DNA of 64,000 nucleotides from Octopus vulgaris (GCA_951406725.2 OX597814.1:42160001-42224000); one strand, 5' to 3'; positions 1 through 14,019 are shown, numbered from the stretch's first letter. Notes: a model not told the origin generated them from the letters alone. A program made the numbers and translations.

Positions 1-15
1 TGCCTCGTTACTCAC

Positions 16-131
16 CGTGAAATATGAAATCCGTTGCAATAGGTGGAAAGGCGTCCCATACCGCCTTCTGTGTTCTGGAAATAACTGAAAACCTTGTCAA
101 CGGATTTCTTTGACTTTGTCATTGATTTCAT
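16..131 (-). CDS. Speculative short coding exon (38 codons + 2 nt) ending at a GT donor; any gene would continue left of the window
   Basis: Minus strand ATG at 131 reads MKSMTKSKKSVDKVFSYFQNTEGGMGRLSTYCNGFHIS, then ACG|GTGAGT. Upstream in-frame stop present; upstream region is CpG-richer than background. No recognisable homology, and similar donors occur by chance elsewhere in the window. Confidence 0.15.
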
Positions 132-1858
132 ACCATCAAAATCCTGATTAGAATTTCACTGGCTGATAAGTAGCACATTAGACTCCCATTATATAGGGAA
201 AGGTCCAAATACCAAATATATTAGGCTTTAGAAGGTGACATCTTCCTAAGATGTAACGTTTTGCGAACGGAACCGATAGTCCGCAGTTAGAAAGGAAACT
301 TATTCATTTAGCCATACAAACCTAATACACATACATGCACCAAGCACACACATATGTGCACACAGGCGTGTGTTTATCTATCTATCTCGGTAACGCGTTG
401 TCCGACCAACGCAAAGCTTGTTTTATTCCGTTTTTATTCACATGAATATCCGATTCGTCATGTGTTCTGCTTTTGTATCTTTCGCTCTGTTTACGCCAGA
501 CGCTCAGCTGTCCGAGCGTCTGATTATTTGTACTCCTGCTTCTGTCTCTTTCCCTCTGTTCCACCAGACACCCCACGCTTGCGTTAACAACCTCATCGAT
601 CGTTCTATTTGCATGTTTGTCTCGATCTCAGACAAATATTTCATAAAAGACACCTTCTAATTTCGGTGTGACCTAATATTTTCTACCGGATTTTTCGACT
701 ATATTCAACGTATCTCACTTCGAAACACGCCGCAAGCCACGTTCTTCCGAACAAGAGAGTGTAGAGGGGTGTTGAGGACCTTGGAGTTTTCCAAGAAACC
801 CTCATTTTAACAACAGCAGAGTTTTGTTATATAGATTTTTTTTCTTTTCCATATTATTTCGCATGCTTTCGATGAATATGACATCGAAATCATGCGTAAA
901 GGGCATTTACCCCCAGAATCCGGAATGTTGGCTTCTATTTCTAACACGCTCCGCTACCACGTAATAGCTATTTCGGGTCCTTTATCACAAACAACTGTAT
1001 TTCCTCATAACATAGAGAAATGGATGTCTTTTAAGGTACGCATTCATATAAAAAATGTGACGTTGTTGCCGTTGTTGTCGTGGTATAAAATTTTACGAAA
1101 ATTGACTTATAGAAAATATTATAATGTAAAATGTCTGTAATGCAAATATATAAATGAAATAAAGTTTATTGCTGAATCTTTTGATACTCCATATGATTTT
1201 TATTGAAATCCAATTTGCCTATAATTGAACTAGATGTTAGTTCATCATGTATACAATGTTTGGTGAAGGTTGGTTCCCTGATTTGGGCAGCAAGATAGTA
1301 ACAGACAAAAATTGCCCTTTATATAGAAGATACATATATGCATGTGTGTTTATATATATATATTTTGTGTATATACATTCATACACACAACACATGTATA
1401 ATTCTTAGGTATTTACATATATCTCTTATGGATTTGCTCACACGCATACATGACGAATGCTTGTCTTTTTAGCCTCGGTGATACTATAGATGTTACAGCA
1501 ACACTAACTGGAATTCCTTTTCAAAGATAAATGCAATGCAGAAACATGATGATGGGGATTGTATAAATATAAGCTACATCCGATCACATCATATGCAAAA
1601 TCAACATTTATTACACGCTTGACTGGATACGATCTTTTAGATGATGGAAACATTATTTGCTTGCTTTGTTTCATCTACACAAGAATGGCTAACAAAACAT
1701 GATCGGTTTTGAAAGACACACTCAGTTATGAGCTCAACATTTAAGAGATTACCTTTGCCTACGTCGTTTTATTTCCCAGCGTCTCTGTTACTCTTTTTCG
1801 TGTTTAATGTGATTCTCTTTAAATTACAAGGCCATATTGATTACACTTTTATCCTTGA

Positions 1859-2240
1859 CTAGCAGTATCGCCCGGCGTTGCTCAGGTTTGTAAGGGAAAT
1901 AACTATAAAGCATTTTTAGAGAGTTATAGCCAAAAAATAGCCAAAAAAAATGGAAAAAAATGATGGTAATTTTTTTTTAGTTAAAAAAGGTGGAGTTGCG
2001 TCCCCTAGACAGTTTGCGGTTTGTGTTTCTGATTCTCGACCCCATGTCGAATTTATCGATTTTTTCAGAACTGGGGGAACTTTTCAAAATTTTCGCTGCG
2101 TTAGTTTTGAATTATGACATTGGGCTATGTGTGTGTCAAGTTTCATCAGAATCGGTTGAAAGCCGTGGTCAGGGTGAGGGTACAAGCAAACAGACACACA
2201 GAAACACGCACAGACAAACTGCCGTTTATATATAGAGAGA
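1859..2240 (-). mobile_element. Non-autonomous Helitron (Lep1/HINE-like), apparently complete
   Basis: Minus strand A|TCTCTCTATATATAAACGGC...GCGATACTGCTAG|T: 5' TC, 3' CTAG, inserted between A and T without TSD. Imperfect GC-rich subterminal hairpin CCTGAGCAACGCCGGG just before CTAG; (CTGT/TGTT)-like tract near the 5' end. Confidence 0.85.
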
Positions 2241-3552
2241 TGCCCTATCAGGTTTAGTTTTTCCCGTATTTCCACACGAATATTTTTTCCATAGAGTAAA
2301 TGCTTTGTGTTTTTTGTTTTCCTTTTTCAATAGAAACTATATTTCCTCTCCAACCTTGTCTGCAACATCACCAGATAACGTTTATATTTACATTTACTGC
2401 CTTCAAGATCCCCTAGTATTTTCTTAATACCTCCAGGATGTATGGAAATTTTGTCAAAATCTCTTTAGCTATTTTCAGTGTAATGTCCATTTAGAGCAGC
2501 AATAATTTTTAAAATATCAGTGGTACGTCATTTAAGAAACCAATATTCAAAAACTATATATGACTTCTGAAATCTATTCTCAATGTTGATCTGCGTCCCC
2601 ACTTTATATTCTACTAAGAATAAATATAGTGTTTTCAAAGTTTTATTCTATATCTATATTTTAGAATACACATCAGTTCTTCTAGTTTAAAGTGGATTTA
2701 AAAGAACAATTTTATAAAGAGGTTTTGAGAACTTCGATATATTACATGCTAATTAAATACTATAAGTTATGTTTGTGTATCTCGTTGTGTGCGTGCTAGG
2801 GGGTAATTTAAGCTGAAAGTTTCTTTATATTTCGTGTAATTTCTGTATCTCTACTTGGACAAGTAATTGAAGCTATTCCAACTGCATTAAATTCTGAAAT
2901 AAATATCAATTTTTTTAAACCACAAAAAAATATATTTAGTTATTTATATCGATTTAAATTTAGTTGCGATAATTATTATTTACAAATTGTAGACACACCT
3001 ACATACAATTTCAGACACACCCATAATAGCATTAATAGCAGTTTTTGCATTATACTTATATACGCATATCAATGGAACAAAACTGTTATTAGAACAAAAA
3101 ATATAAAATAGCAATATATTTATTTTTTCTCAAATAATACATTTGCTTATGTTTTTCAAAATGACATATTTACGTATTTTTAACACCTAAATATGATATA
3201 GAAATATGAATAAAAAACGCAAATATATAGAAATATGTTTGTGCTAATTTGCGCCTCCTTAAAAACTGAGTCCGCAGATTACACTATAACATTCAATGTG
3301 ATGTTTACCAACCTTTCATAAACTTATCAACATGTTGGTTATAGACAAATGCTTTCTGTTTCCTCTAATAAGCATATTTCCCTATTTTAATTTTATATTA
3401 TTATTTCCACTATCAAGTCCGTAGCTTGATAGTGGAAATAGTTTATATAATAGTAATATATTTCCAAGTCTATCACCCCATACCACCCCAGAAAATAATC
3501 TATAATAGATTCCACACCAAATATCTGAACTTTGTGAAAATTTGCTTTTGAC

Positions 3553-3967
3553 AAACCATGTAAATTACAAACATCATTGCACTTCAAATAGAATCTGACT
3601 TCAAAGAGAATCTGACAACAATAGAACCTGAAAATCTAAAGATCTTGTATGGGCAGGCACACAATGAACCAGAAAGTGTAAGACATTGGAAGGTGGTTTA
3701 CGTTTTATTTGGAAGCATTGGATGACCCATAAACTATTTGCTGTATCATGGAGTATGCTTAAAATTTCATTGCACTTCAAATACAATCTTAGAATTACGC
3801 AAAAGGAACTTCTATGAACATTCACACTATTAGTCAGGAAGCGTAAGGTATTTGAAGGTGGTTACATGTAAATTTGATGCATTAGGTGTTAATTTAAAGC
3901 ATAATTTGTTCATTTGAAGCATAAACCATTTGTTGCATCGTGAAGTATGAATACAATTACTTTACAC
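3553..3967. repeat. Diverged tandem repeat, period about 192 bp, about 2 copies
   Basis: tcattgcacttcaaata at 3574 and 3767; cataaac.atttg.tg.atc.tg.agtatg at 3728 and 3920; gaaggtggtt at 3689 and 3854. Confidence 0.65.
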
Positions 3968-4111
3968 ATGACTCATTCCATTTCCTTTTTTAAAAAATAT
4001 TTAGATAAGAAAGTACAAACCTAACATTTAGTGAAACGAAACGATCAGAAATTTGTTAGAAATTTATTACTCCTCATGTGATAATCACTGTTTGCATCAG
4101 CAAATAATTTG

Positions 4112-4628
<517 letters not shown>

Positions 4629-4823
4629 TGTTTGCTGATTTCTGTTAACAAAGGTCTGTACCATTATATTCATCGGTCTTATGAGGTATGTTTGGCTGAG
4701 GTGACACAAAATAAGTTCGAAACATTGCGAAATCTACACACACATACACACAAACACATGTATTTGCATGCGTATGCATGTTTGTATGTTTAAATATATA
4801 TTTACGTATACACGTACAAAAAC

Positions 4824-4901
<78 letters not shown>
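4824..4901. repeat. (GATA)n tetranucleotide microsatellite
   Basis: Perfect atagatagatag run. Confidence 0.95.
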
Positions 4902-5789
4902 GTGCGTGTTTAACTAAATGCATGTACTTCTATGCATAAAAAAGGCGTCAAATTTGAGCATTCAAAGTGGCCAGCAATATTCAGTCTAATTTTAATATGA
5001 GTGATTTCGAAGATACTGTGAATTACGAGATTTGTACAAATACAAAGTACACGTGATTTTCTTTCTTTTAAATAACAAAGCAGAGAAATAGAAAATGTTT
5101 CCAAGTGTGATTTGAGTTCAAAGATGACAATAATAATACTTGTCAGTGATCAGTATTTCATTCTAAATTTACGTTGGTGTTTTTAGGAAGTAACGGAGTG
5201 TAGGGATCTGACAGAGGCAATAAATTAAGTTGGGGAAGATTGTGATGTTTTCAGATGATTGTGAAGCTGAACTGGCAACATTTATCTTAAGTTAGGGCAA
5301 AAGGTGATGACAGTTATTCATAGGCCTATCACAAACCGCACATTACACTTACACATGTACACATATACGTAAAAACGTCAATATTCTCACATCCATACAT
5401 ACATTAAGTTATGGACAACAAAACCTACAAACCAATACGGCAACTCGCCGATTCACTCAGACCTATAATATGAAAAAAAATAATCAACATATAAAATAAT
5501 TGCCTACTCGAAATGCTACTTGAATTTATAAGATGTTATTTCCCAGTTTTAATAAATTGTACTTTTCAAAGCCGATATCGCTCTCCGTCTCTCATTCTCC
5601 CTTTCTCTCTCTCTCTCTCTTTTCTCTCTCTCTCTCTCTCTTTCTCAATTTGTATAGAGAATCTTATATATGTGAGTGTATGTGCGTGTGTTTATTTATG
5701 TGAACGCCTGTATCCAGGTGTGTGTATGTATTCATACGTATTTGTGTGTGTATATATATAATCGAACTTACCTGTACTCCTACAAATCC

Positions 5790-6290
5790 CCAAAATGAAA
5801 AACCTGATAGAAAAATACACCGTACGGAATAGCAGACGCCAACCAAAAATCTTGATAGGCACCTAACAAGGGTAGAATTCAAATCGAAGAGCGAATCAGA
5901 ATTTTCAGTGAAAGAATGTGGAGATACGGGATGTGGATCATGGAACAACAACTTCAAATACTTAGAAAATGCTTCCCACATAAGATTCAAGAGCGGATCT
6001 CTTTTCAAAATAAATGCATATATGAACTACAAAACGCAAAGCATCATATACTGCATTACCTGCACAAATTACAAAGAAAATTACGTTTGCGAAACAAATA
6101 ATTCTCTCTGCCAACGTGCAAGTATCCACAGGAAACATATCTGACAAGCGAAATTACGCAAGATTCCATGTTGTAAGCATCTGAAAATATGCAGTCATGG
6201 GAAATTCAAAATTTTCCCTTTTACAAATGTGCACCGAAAAGCAATGGAACTACATTTCACCAAACAATTCTTTCCAAAATTCAATTTTTG
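5790..6290 (+). mobile_element. Penelope-like retroelement remnant: GIY-YIG endonuclease region, inactivated
   Basis: PTKNLDRHLTRVEF...KECGDTGCGS...FKINAYMNYKTQSIIYCITCTNYKENYVCETNNSLCQRASIHRKHI*QAKLRKIPCCKHLKICSHGKFKIFPF matches the PLE pattern CxxC...NxIYxIxCxxC...YIGET..L..R...H. Contains stops. Confidence 0.85.
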
Positions 6291-6520
6291 AAAATAAAGC
6301 AGAGATAGTACGTTTCCTATTCTAAATATAACTCAAATATCAGAAACATAATGTTCATCTCTGTATATATTCAGGAGTATATGTGTGGCATTGAGATATT
6401 TTTATATTTGTGTTATACTAATGTTTTCTAATGCAAAAACATGAAATTGAAAGAGGCTTGAATTTATTTTTCAAAGCAAAATATCAAAGCTACACGTTAT
6501 AAACATGGACGTGTTCCCAA

Positions 6521-6535
6521 ACACACACACACATG

Positions 6536-6608
<73 letters not shown>

Positions 6609-6632
6609 ACACACACACATACACACACACAC
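6521..6632. repeat. (CA)n microsatellite
   Basis: Long, nearly perfect acacac run. Confidence 0.95.
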
Positions 6633-6719
6633 TTCATTAAGGGATTCTTTCCAAAATTGAATGTTTGAAGCGGAGAATTTTCATTTTTATTCTAAATGTG
6701 GCTCATCTCTACAAAAGTT

Positions 6720-6778
6720 CATGTATATATATATATATACGTGTGTGTGTGTAGCATTGTTATGTGTTCTACTTTTGC

Positions 6779-6812
<34 letters not shown>

Positions 6813-6862
6813 GTGTGTGTGTGTAGCATTGCTATGTGTTCTACTTTTGCGTATATATATAT
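6720..6862. repeat. Tandem duplication of a (TA)n-flanked cassette of about 70 bp
   Basis: cgtgtgtgtgtgtagcattg(t/c)tatgtgttctacttttgcg occurs twice, separated and flanked by (TA)n. Confidence 0.9.
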
Positions 6863-6928
6863 AATCAATCCAAAGAAGAACAAGCAAAAATCAAAACAAC
6901 AACGCGAGGATGTGATACAGGTATTGTG

Positions 6929-7000
6929 TTATTGGACGCTCAGGAAAGGAAAGAAAAGAAAGGCTTTCACGTTTCGAGCAGAGCTCTTCACTAGAAATAT
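6929..7000 (-). ncRNA. Degenerate type I hammerhead ribozyme-like motif (PLE-LTR type), core mutated
   Basis: Minus: TATTT-CTAGTGA-A-GAGC tct GCTC-GAAA-CGT...GCGTC^CAATA. Stem II GAGC/GCTC, stem III ACGT/GCGT and a GUC triplet are present, but the core is CTAGTGA rather than CTGANGA. Confidence 0.5.
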
Positions 7001-7586
7001 AGAAAAGTTCAAAGAAGGGAAGACAAAAAGAAAATCGCCAAAAAGAGGAAACAGTATATTTTGTATCTTACATATAACTCAAAGTGAAGAAAAAGAAAGA
7101 GAAAAAAGAAGGAAAGAGACGATAAGAAATTAAGAGGAAAAGAGTAGAAGAGAGAAAGAAAGTAAAATAACCACACCTGTTTTTGTTATTGAAAAGGTCA
7201 CCATCCTTAAATGCATTCCAATACAATTGTAAATGACTAAATAAATAAATGAATGGTGAATAGGAAGGGGAGTCTACCTTCTCTCTCCCCTTCTCTCCAG
7301 CTATATATCTATTTATCTATCTGTCAGCCTACCTACCTACCTATATTTCTATTTATCTATCTCCATTGTCATGGAAACTCACCCCAAGGAAACAAAACCA
7401 GTGTTCTCTTCTAAACAAAACTCTCCGCAAAACATCTGTTTGATATAAATGAACAAGCTGCTTATACATTTATTTGACAAGTTCGAGAAACGAACGAAAT
7501 AATGAAGAAATGATTTTTTTTCCAAAAATCTGACGACTTCTTTCTCGGTATATGTATGTATGCATGTATATATGTATGTATGTATG

Positions 7587-7645
<59 letters not shown>

Positions 7646-8279
7646 GCCCTTGCGCGCACACACGCACAAATCCAAACGTATATATATATATATATACATG
7701 CATAAATACAGGATCATACACACACACATACATATATTTACATGCTCGTAAATATGTGCATGATTCTATGTATGTATACATAAAAATAATATTTTATATA
7801 TTTTAGGTAGAATATATTACTAAAATACGAATAATTGTTTGCGTACAAGTATGTCATTGTAAGTGTATTTGTGTATAGCATTTCCATGTATTCGATGATG
7901 ATGAACTTATACTACATGTGATGAACTTTTCATGATAGTCCACCCCCAAAGTATAGTGTACAGTTTTGTTGTAGTCTGCACATAGAACCATTTGTTCAGT
8001 AAGTACTTATATAAATCTGAATGCATCGATATTTTATTTTTTCTGTACGCCTTACTACTGCACGGCTCAAATACGTAAATCCCTTATATCAGACGAGTTT
8101 TTTTTTAATATCTATACTGTTCAAGTATAAAAGTATAATGTCTGCTTGCAGCACAATGGCAAATGTAAATTTGTGAAATACTCGGATTCCTTTTCTTATC
8201 TATATTTTTCAAAGCCATTCAATTCTTAAACAGAAAGAAATAATTTCATTGCTATTACTAAATGATCTTATTTGAAAAT

Positions 8280-8640
8280 TATTGAAACAATCAAAATTCT
8301 TTCTAAAAGTCATCACAATCGTAAACTGATTTGCTCCCAAATTCAGATCAAAACGAGATTTTATTGATGACACTTTTATAATATCTCCACTTAAACCCAA
8401 CTCATTGAGTCTTTGGGATTACAAAGCAGAAAGCACGATGAGGTCTGGATGAATTCCGGATGAATACCTAACATATTGAAATTAAATTTCAAAGTTGCAA
8501 AGTGCCTCTTATTTCCTTACATTAGATTTGTCATTATCACTGACAAAATGACTTAATCAGATGTTGTAGTCCACTCCAATGCCGATTGACACAATACTCA
8601 TCAAAATTTGTTCGAATTCTATTACATACACATCCCTATC
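8280..8640 (+). mobile_element. Highly decayed Penelope-like reverse transcriptase fragment
   Basis: Ordered motif remnants across frames: FAPKF (~MGxxFAPxYA), KRDFIDDTFII (~RYIDDxFII), NIEIKF (~IKFT), NTHQNLFEF...HP (~TDTHQYLxFxSxHP). Confidence 0.5.
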
Positions 8641-8787
8641 AAAGTGAGATAATATTATGCTGTTTCATTGGTAAGAGTAAATCGCGTTAACTATCCAATG
8701 ACTTACACTATCGGCAATTATTTACTACTGTTATTATCGCTATTGCAAAAATAACTCTACTGTTAATACAAAAAATTCATATCTTTC

Positions 8788-8870
8788 CATGTCATTCAAT
8801 ACGACACGCACGTAACCTCAATCAATCCATGTCCTTCAATATAACACGCACATAACATCATGTCTTTAAT
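8788..8870. repeat. Tandem repeat of about 40 bp, 2 to 2.5 copies
   Basis: ccatgtcattcaatacgacacgcacgtaacctca / ccatgtccttcaatataacacgcacataacatca / tgtctttaata. Confidence 0.8.
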
Positions 8871-10447
8871 ACTCCTTTCACATTTATTGCGAAATCATCG
8901 CATAAACATTTGCACATGCGTTGCATTTTGGAGCAGCTAGCCTCTAAAAGTTTACTGATATCATAATTTTTCCGTACATGTGAACACAAAAATTAACTAT
9001 TATCCATATTAATTGCACCAGATGAAAAAGCGACAGAGGCTGTGGATCACGCTCATTTTATCATTTTATTCTTAACGTATGTGCATATAATTATGTTCTC
9101 TATATGGCATATTTTTGTATGCATGTATGTGACGTTTATTTTATGTGAGATTATTCACTGTAATATATGCATATCCATGTAAATGTGTTAAGACACATAT
9201 TATATATATATATATATATGAATACATCGTGTATGGATTTTATATGGCGGACAAGATGGTGTGATGATTTTAAAAGCACTAAAACATTGAATGTGACTTT
9301 TAGTCATATACAGATTGTATCATTCCTCTTTTCCCAAATATGCATTGATATAATTTGTAAACAAGCTCCGATAAGAAGAGAAAATAATCATATGACGAAA
9401 ATCGATCTGAAATTCAATAGATCAATATATTTCACTATTACACACAGTGTTTCCGGGAAATGTAAACCATTTGTATCAGGAAAGTAAATATATTTTTTTA
9501 GAACTATGGCCTTTTGTATTTATGGTGAGAAATAAAATTCTGATTGATTTTTTCACCTTACTATGTACGCGGAGTATGTGTATGCTTATAGTGAGTGTAT
9601 GAGACATTGAAATATATATATATATAACGGGAGACATATAAATAGTAAATTAGATAATGAAAAACGAACGCACATTGTGTAAATAATATAATAATTTTTT
9701 TTAAATATACGCAGTTAAGACTGAGCAACTTATTCCTCAGAACCAATGTTTCCATGAATATTCAAGAATCATGATATTTTAAAGTGTTTTCTGTTTTTAT
9801 TATATAATTTCAAATTTGTATTACGCTCAAAAACATGATGGAATTTATAAAGAGAATGGCTTCTACTTAAAATATAACTTCTCTTTTTTAAAAATATCAA
9901 TCCCAGGAATTCGAAGCTTGTGCGTGTATGTGAATCAATTCAATAACATTCGTGTATCACAAGTAAAAATTACAATAAAACGCCAATAAATATGTTGATG
10001 TCCTCAACTCTGTAATAAAAGACAACGTTTATTTCTTTATATATTTGATTGTTTATTTATTTGTTTTATTTATTTATTTATTGTTAAATACACAGAATAT
10101 TCGCATACAACATAATTTTGAAATTGGCAATCTAGAAAGTAAACTGAACTGTTTTATAAACCCAAATTACTAGTATGATAATTTGTTTTACTTTTTGATA
10201 CATAATTTACTCTATATTTTTAGGAAAATAATACTGCAAATTCCGAGCAGATATTGGTTTTATGTTTACACAAATCATCATTGAAATAAAATTATCGGTC
10301 AGATACATATACATACATACATACATGACAATCTGAATAAGCTAGGGTTTTCAGAAAAACGAAATGAACTAATTCACTTGCACGTTACCATTAGAATCTG
10401 TAAGTGAAGCACTAAAGATCTCCGAAACTTTTCACACACACACACAT

Positions 10448-10501
<54 letters not shown>

Positions 10502-13084
10502 TAGATATATACATTTGTGTATATGAATGTATATGTACAGATATTTATATACATACATACATATACACACATCTCTAAAGAAATATAGAAGACACACACA
10601 TACGCATAGAAAGAAGACAATCTAAACGATAATTATGTAAATTATAATTGGATTCACATTTCAATAGATAGGTTTATTTATGAGATTGTAAACGTTTGTT
10701 AGCCATCTTATTGGTAATATACGAATTCAAGTATTCTGCAATGCACAAAGAAATGTGCGAGACAGTATCACATTCTATAAGATAAGTACGAAATGTTTCC
10801 TAGAAATGACGGACATTAATTTAGACGCTAAATAATTTTATTCATATTAAACATAACAACTAGTAAAGAATTATAGACATCTGTATAAGCATACATACAC
10901 ACACAGAGAAGCACAAAGGTATTTGTATAGAAGATAATTGTGTGAATCTTCTGTGACAGTACGTGATTAGCGTGCGCTCTGGCATGTTTACCAGAGGAGT
11001 CAATCCTCAGTTTCAACTTCAATCGAAAGTCGTCTTCTTTTGCACCTTGATTGATAGTGAGGAAACAGATATGCCGTGCAAAACCCGCTTTGATTTTAAC
11101 CTCTTTTGTTGGTTAAAATATAACAATTAATAAAGATTTCTAACGTAGCATACTTCCACAAGGGAAAATGTTTTCGTATTTTACCTCAATCTTTTATGCT
11201 TTTCCCTGCAGGTACGAATGTAAAAAAATTGAAACCTATATATATTTATATATTCTAGTAGTAATGTTGTTTCAGATGTTAAAGGATAGTTCTTCTCACT
11301 CTCCCACTTACGTTTAGGTAAACATGTACAATGTATAAATACATCAGCCATTATAATCAATTTAACTGCATTCATAAAATTATTTAATTACTAATTTTAA
11401 AATTTCATCACGTTTCTACGCATCGTACACTTGCTTACACTCATACGCATCATGTGCGTGTGGGCCTATGTTTGTGCTTGTGTGTGTGCGTGGTTGTATG
11501 TGTACGTCAGGGTTCCTGTGTGTATGTGTGTCTGTGTATGTGACTTTGTTTGCGTGTGTATGTAGGACACTTCAGCTATAATTAATGATAACTGATGTTT
11601 ATCTGGAAATGCTCAAATTTTCCCTTATGGAATCTGATAATCCTTCAACAATATTGCATGTAATAAATTATCTGCAACACTAGAATGTAAATATAGTGTC
11701 AATTAAATTAACTCAAACAGAAATATATTTTATCTCACACAGATGTGTTTGCGTGAGAAAATGTCCGTGGAATTATAGATATAAACAATTTGTAAAATAT
11801 TTATTTAAAGCATATGTATGCATATGTTTGTGCGAATCTCAATAGCATCTAAGAAAGACTAAATGCCTACCCGTACTCATACACACACGTGCGAACACAC
11901 GCGCACTCATACACACTCATATGTACAAACATGTTTTCTGAAGCTGCTTAAGAAAATACGGTTTATATGCGTGTGTGTGTGCATATGTGTGTTTGTGTGT
12001 TTGTGTGTGTGATTGTATGTATGTATATATGCATATGTGTTTATGCTTGTATGTACGTGTGTGTTTGTGAGTGTATGTTTGTGTCTGTGTTTATTGAAAA
12101 ACCTAGATATAGATGTCTATTATTTTTCATCCCATAATTCACTAAATTTTAGTTTATGTTGGACCGTAAGCACAAAATACAATTTCGAAATATATTTGCA
12201 AGTACAGAATATTTCTATAAAGAAAGAAACTTATACAGTCATATAACACACTTCCCTATATTGTGAAATGCGCGAATATTCTTGTTTGTTCCCAGACAAC
12301 TCCGGCAAATATTTTTTCATAAGTTGCGTATTTTAGTTGCAGTCATTACCAATATATTTTTTCTATTTTGTGTTGCCCAAACTAAGCAAATTCAACAAAT
12401 CTTTGTCAATTTCGATTGGGAATCCAACATTATAAGTCCAAGCTGATAAAGAATGAGGAGTAGTCCACAGCAACATCATCAAAACTAGAAAAGTTTAGAA
12501 ACATCACAATGGCGACACAAGTCCAAAATAACTGCAACTTGATCTGGCAGTGAAATCGGTATTTTCGTTAACGCATGGGTCATTCATTCTCAAAATGCGA
12601 AATGATTTGAGCTCAAATGTTGGTAATTCATTGTTTAAAATTCGAAGAATTAAACTACGTTAAATTTACAAATTACAATTTTCTCAAAGAATCCAAGTGA
12701 AAGTAAGTTTTCTTTTCACACATTCTATCTGTATACGAAGTTTCAAACTGTTTAGTTAACTAGAAATTCCGTCCATCAAAAGGAAAAGATCCCACGATTC
12801 TACAAATAAATATGCCACTATTATTTACGCGCGATGCTACGCATATACCGTGACTTCAATTTCAATCGTTTACTAGGGAAAATCTATAAAAGCAACTTCA
12901 GCCTGCTACAACATCACCAACAACTAAAATCTTCCGCTATTCCCAACACTGACAGAATTATCAGCATAACCACAACTTCTGCCAACAAATTCTCCATAAC
13001 CTAGTAAATTGTTTTTTGAGTAATCAGAACTTAGGAAAAGATATCCAATGAACTCTCTGAGCTCTAACGGCACTTCCCTAATGC

Positions 13085-13790
13085 AGAAACTGTCCTCATC
13101 ACTGCAAATAAACCATTAGTCTCTTAGAAGCACTACTCCTGTCTCATCATTTTTGCTGAGTACGCAAGACATCAGACCATCCTTCAATTAAAAAAAAAGT
13201 ACTGTCCAGTTCATTGAAGTGTGGGTCACCGACCACCCTCATCAAATTTTTTTTCTTTGTTCTTACATATACTCACCTTCACAGCTGAAGTAAAAGATCG
13301 TACCTTTGGAGGAAATGGAAGTGATACTATTTTTCTATACGATTCATTTATCACAAACGAAAGTGCGTCATCCTCCAATTGTTGTTGTGAGTCAGTGTCT
13401 GTGCATAAAAAAAATAATGAGTTAACAATAAATGGTCTCTACAGACCACTTCATGAGCCACTACACTGTTTCAAAGAATGCCAGACGATAGTAAAGTATT
13501 TCACTAAACAATGCCAATCTGATAAGATCTAATGATGTACAACTTGAATTTCTCCTAACGATCTCGCTCCAGCACACATTTGTGATCTCATGCAGCTACA
13601 CAATGCTAACTGGGACACATTCACCCACGATTATTTACGCGTTGATTCGTCTTTCACTCCCTCTCTCATCCCAAGTAGCTTAAACACGTCATTGTAGCTA
13701 TTTGTCGACACTCTCGAAATACATGATCACATCACACTCCATTAGAGTCCATGAGCAAAACAAATCACAGGTATCCACGTAATAGAAGAG
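13085..13790 (+). mobile_element. CR1/L2-like LINE remnant: AP endonuclease and linker, related to the LINE at 31725-33971
   Basis: ORF 13221-13532 has KDRTFGGNG...SNCCCESVSVH...LTINGLYRPLHEPLHCFKEC (APE DR..GGGV and IYRPP motifs). 13560-13660 (ctccagcacac...actgggacac...gttgattcgtctttcac) aligns with 31780-31868 (ctccagcatac...actgggacgc...gttgactggtctttcac). Confidence 0.7.
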
Positions 13791-14019
13791 CACCGTAAAT
13801 TAAAAATGAAAGAAGGATAAATCGAAAAGTCAACCGGATAAAATATTGCCATCTATAACCACAGCACTTAACTGATTTAGCTTTACTGGTATGAAAGAAA
13901 CATTATTTTCGAAACTACATGAAGGCTATCGTCGACAGTCAAAGTAACGTTGAATAAAAGTGGATCATTAAAAAAATAAAATTCAATCCCAAAGCGTTCT
14001 CATTCGCTAAAACGCATAA

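Noticed and set aside
3500-3560. Minus-strand peptide KSKFSQSSDIWCG resembling kinase subdomain IX
   Set aside because: No APE motif upstream, in-frame stops immediately before it, and no other kinase motifs; probably chance.
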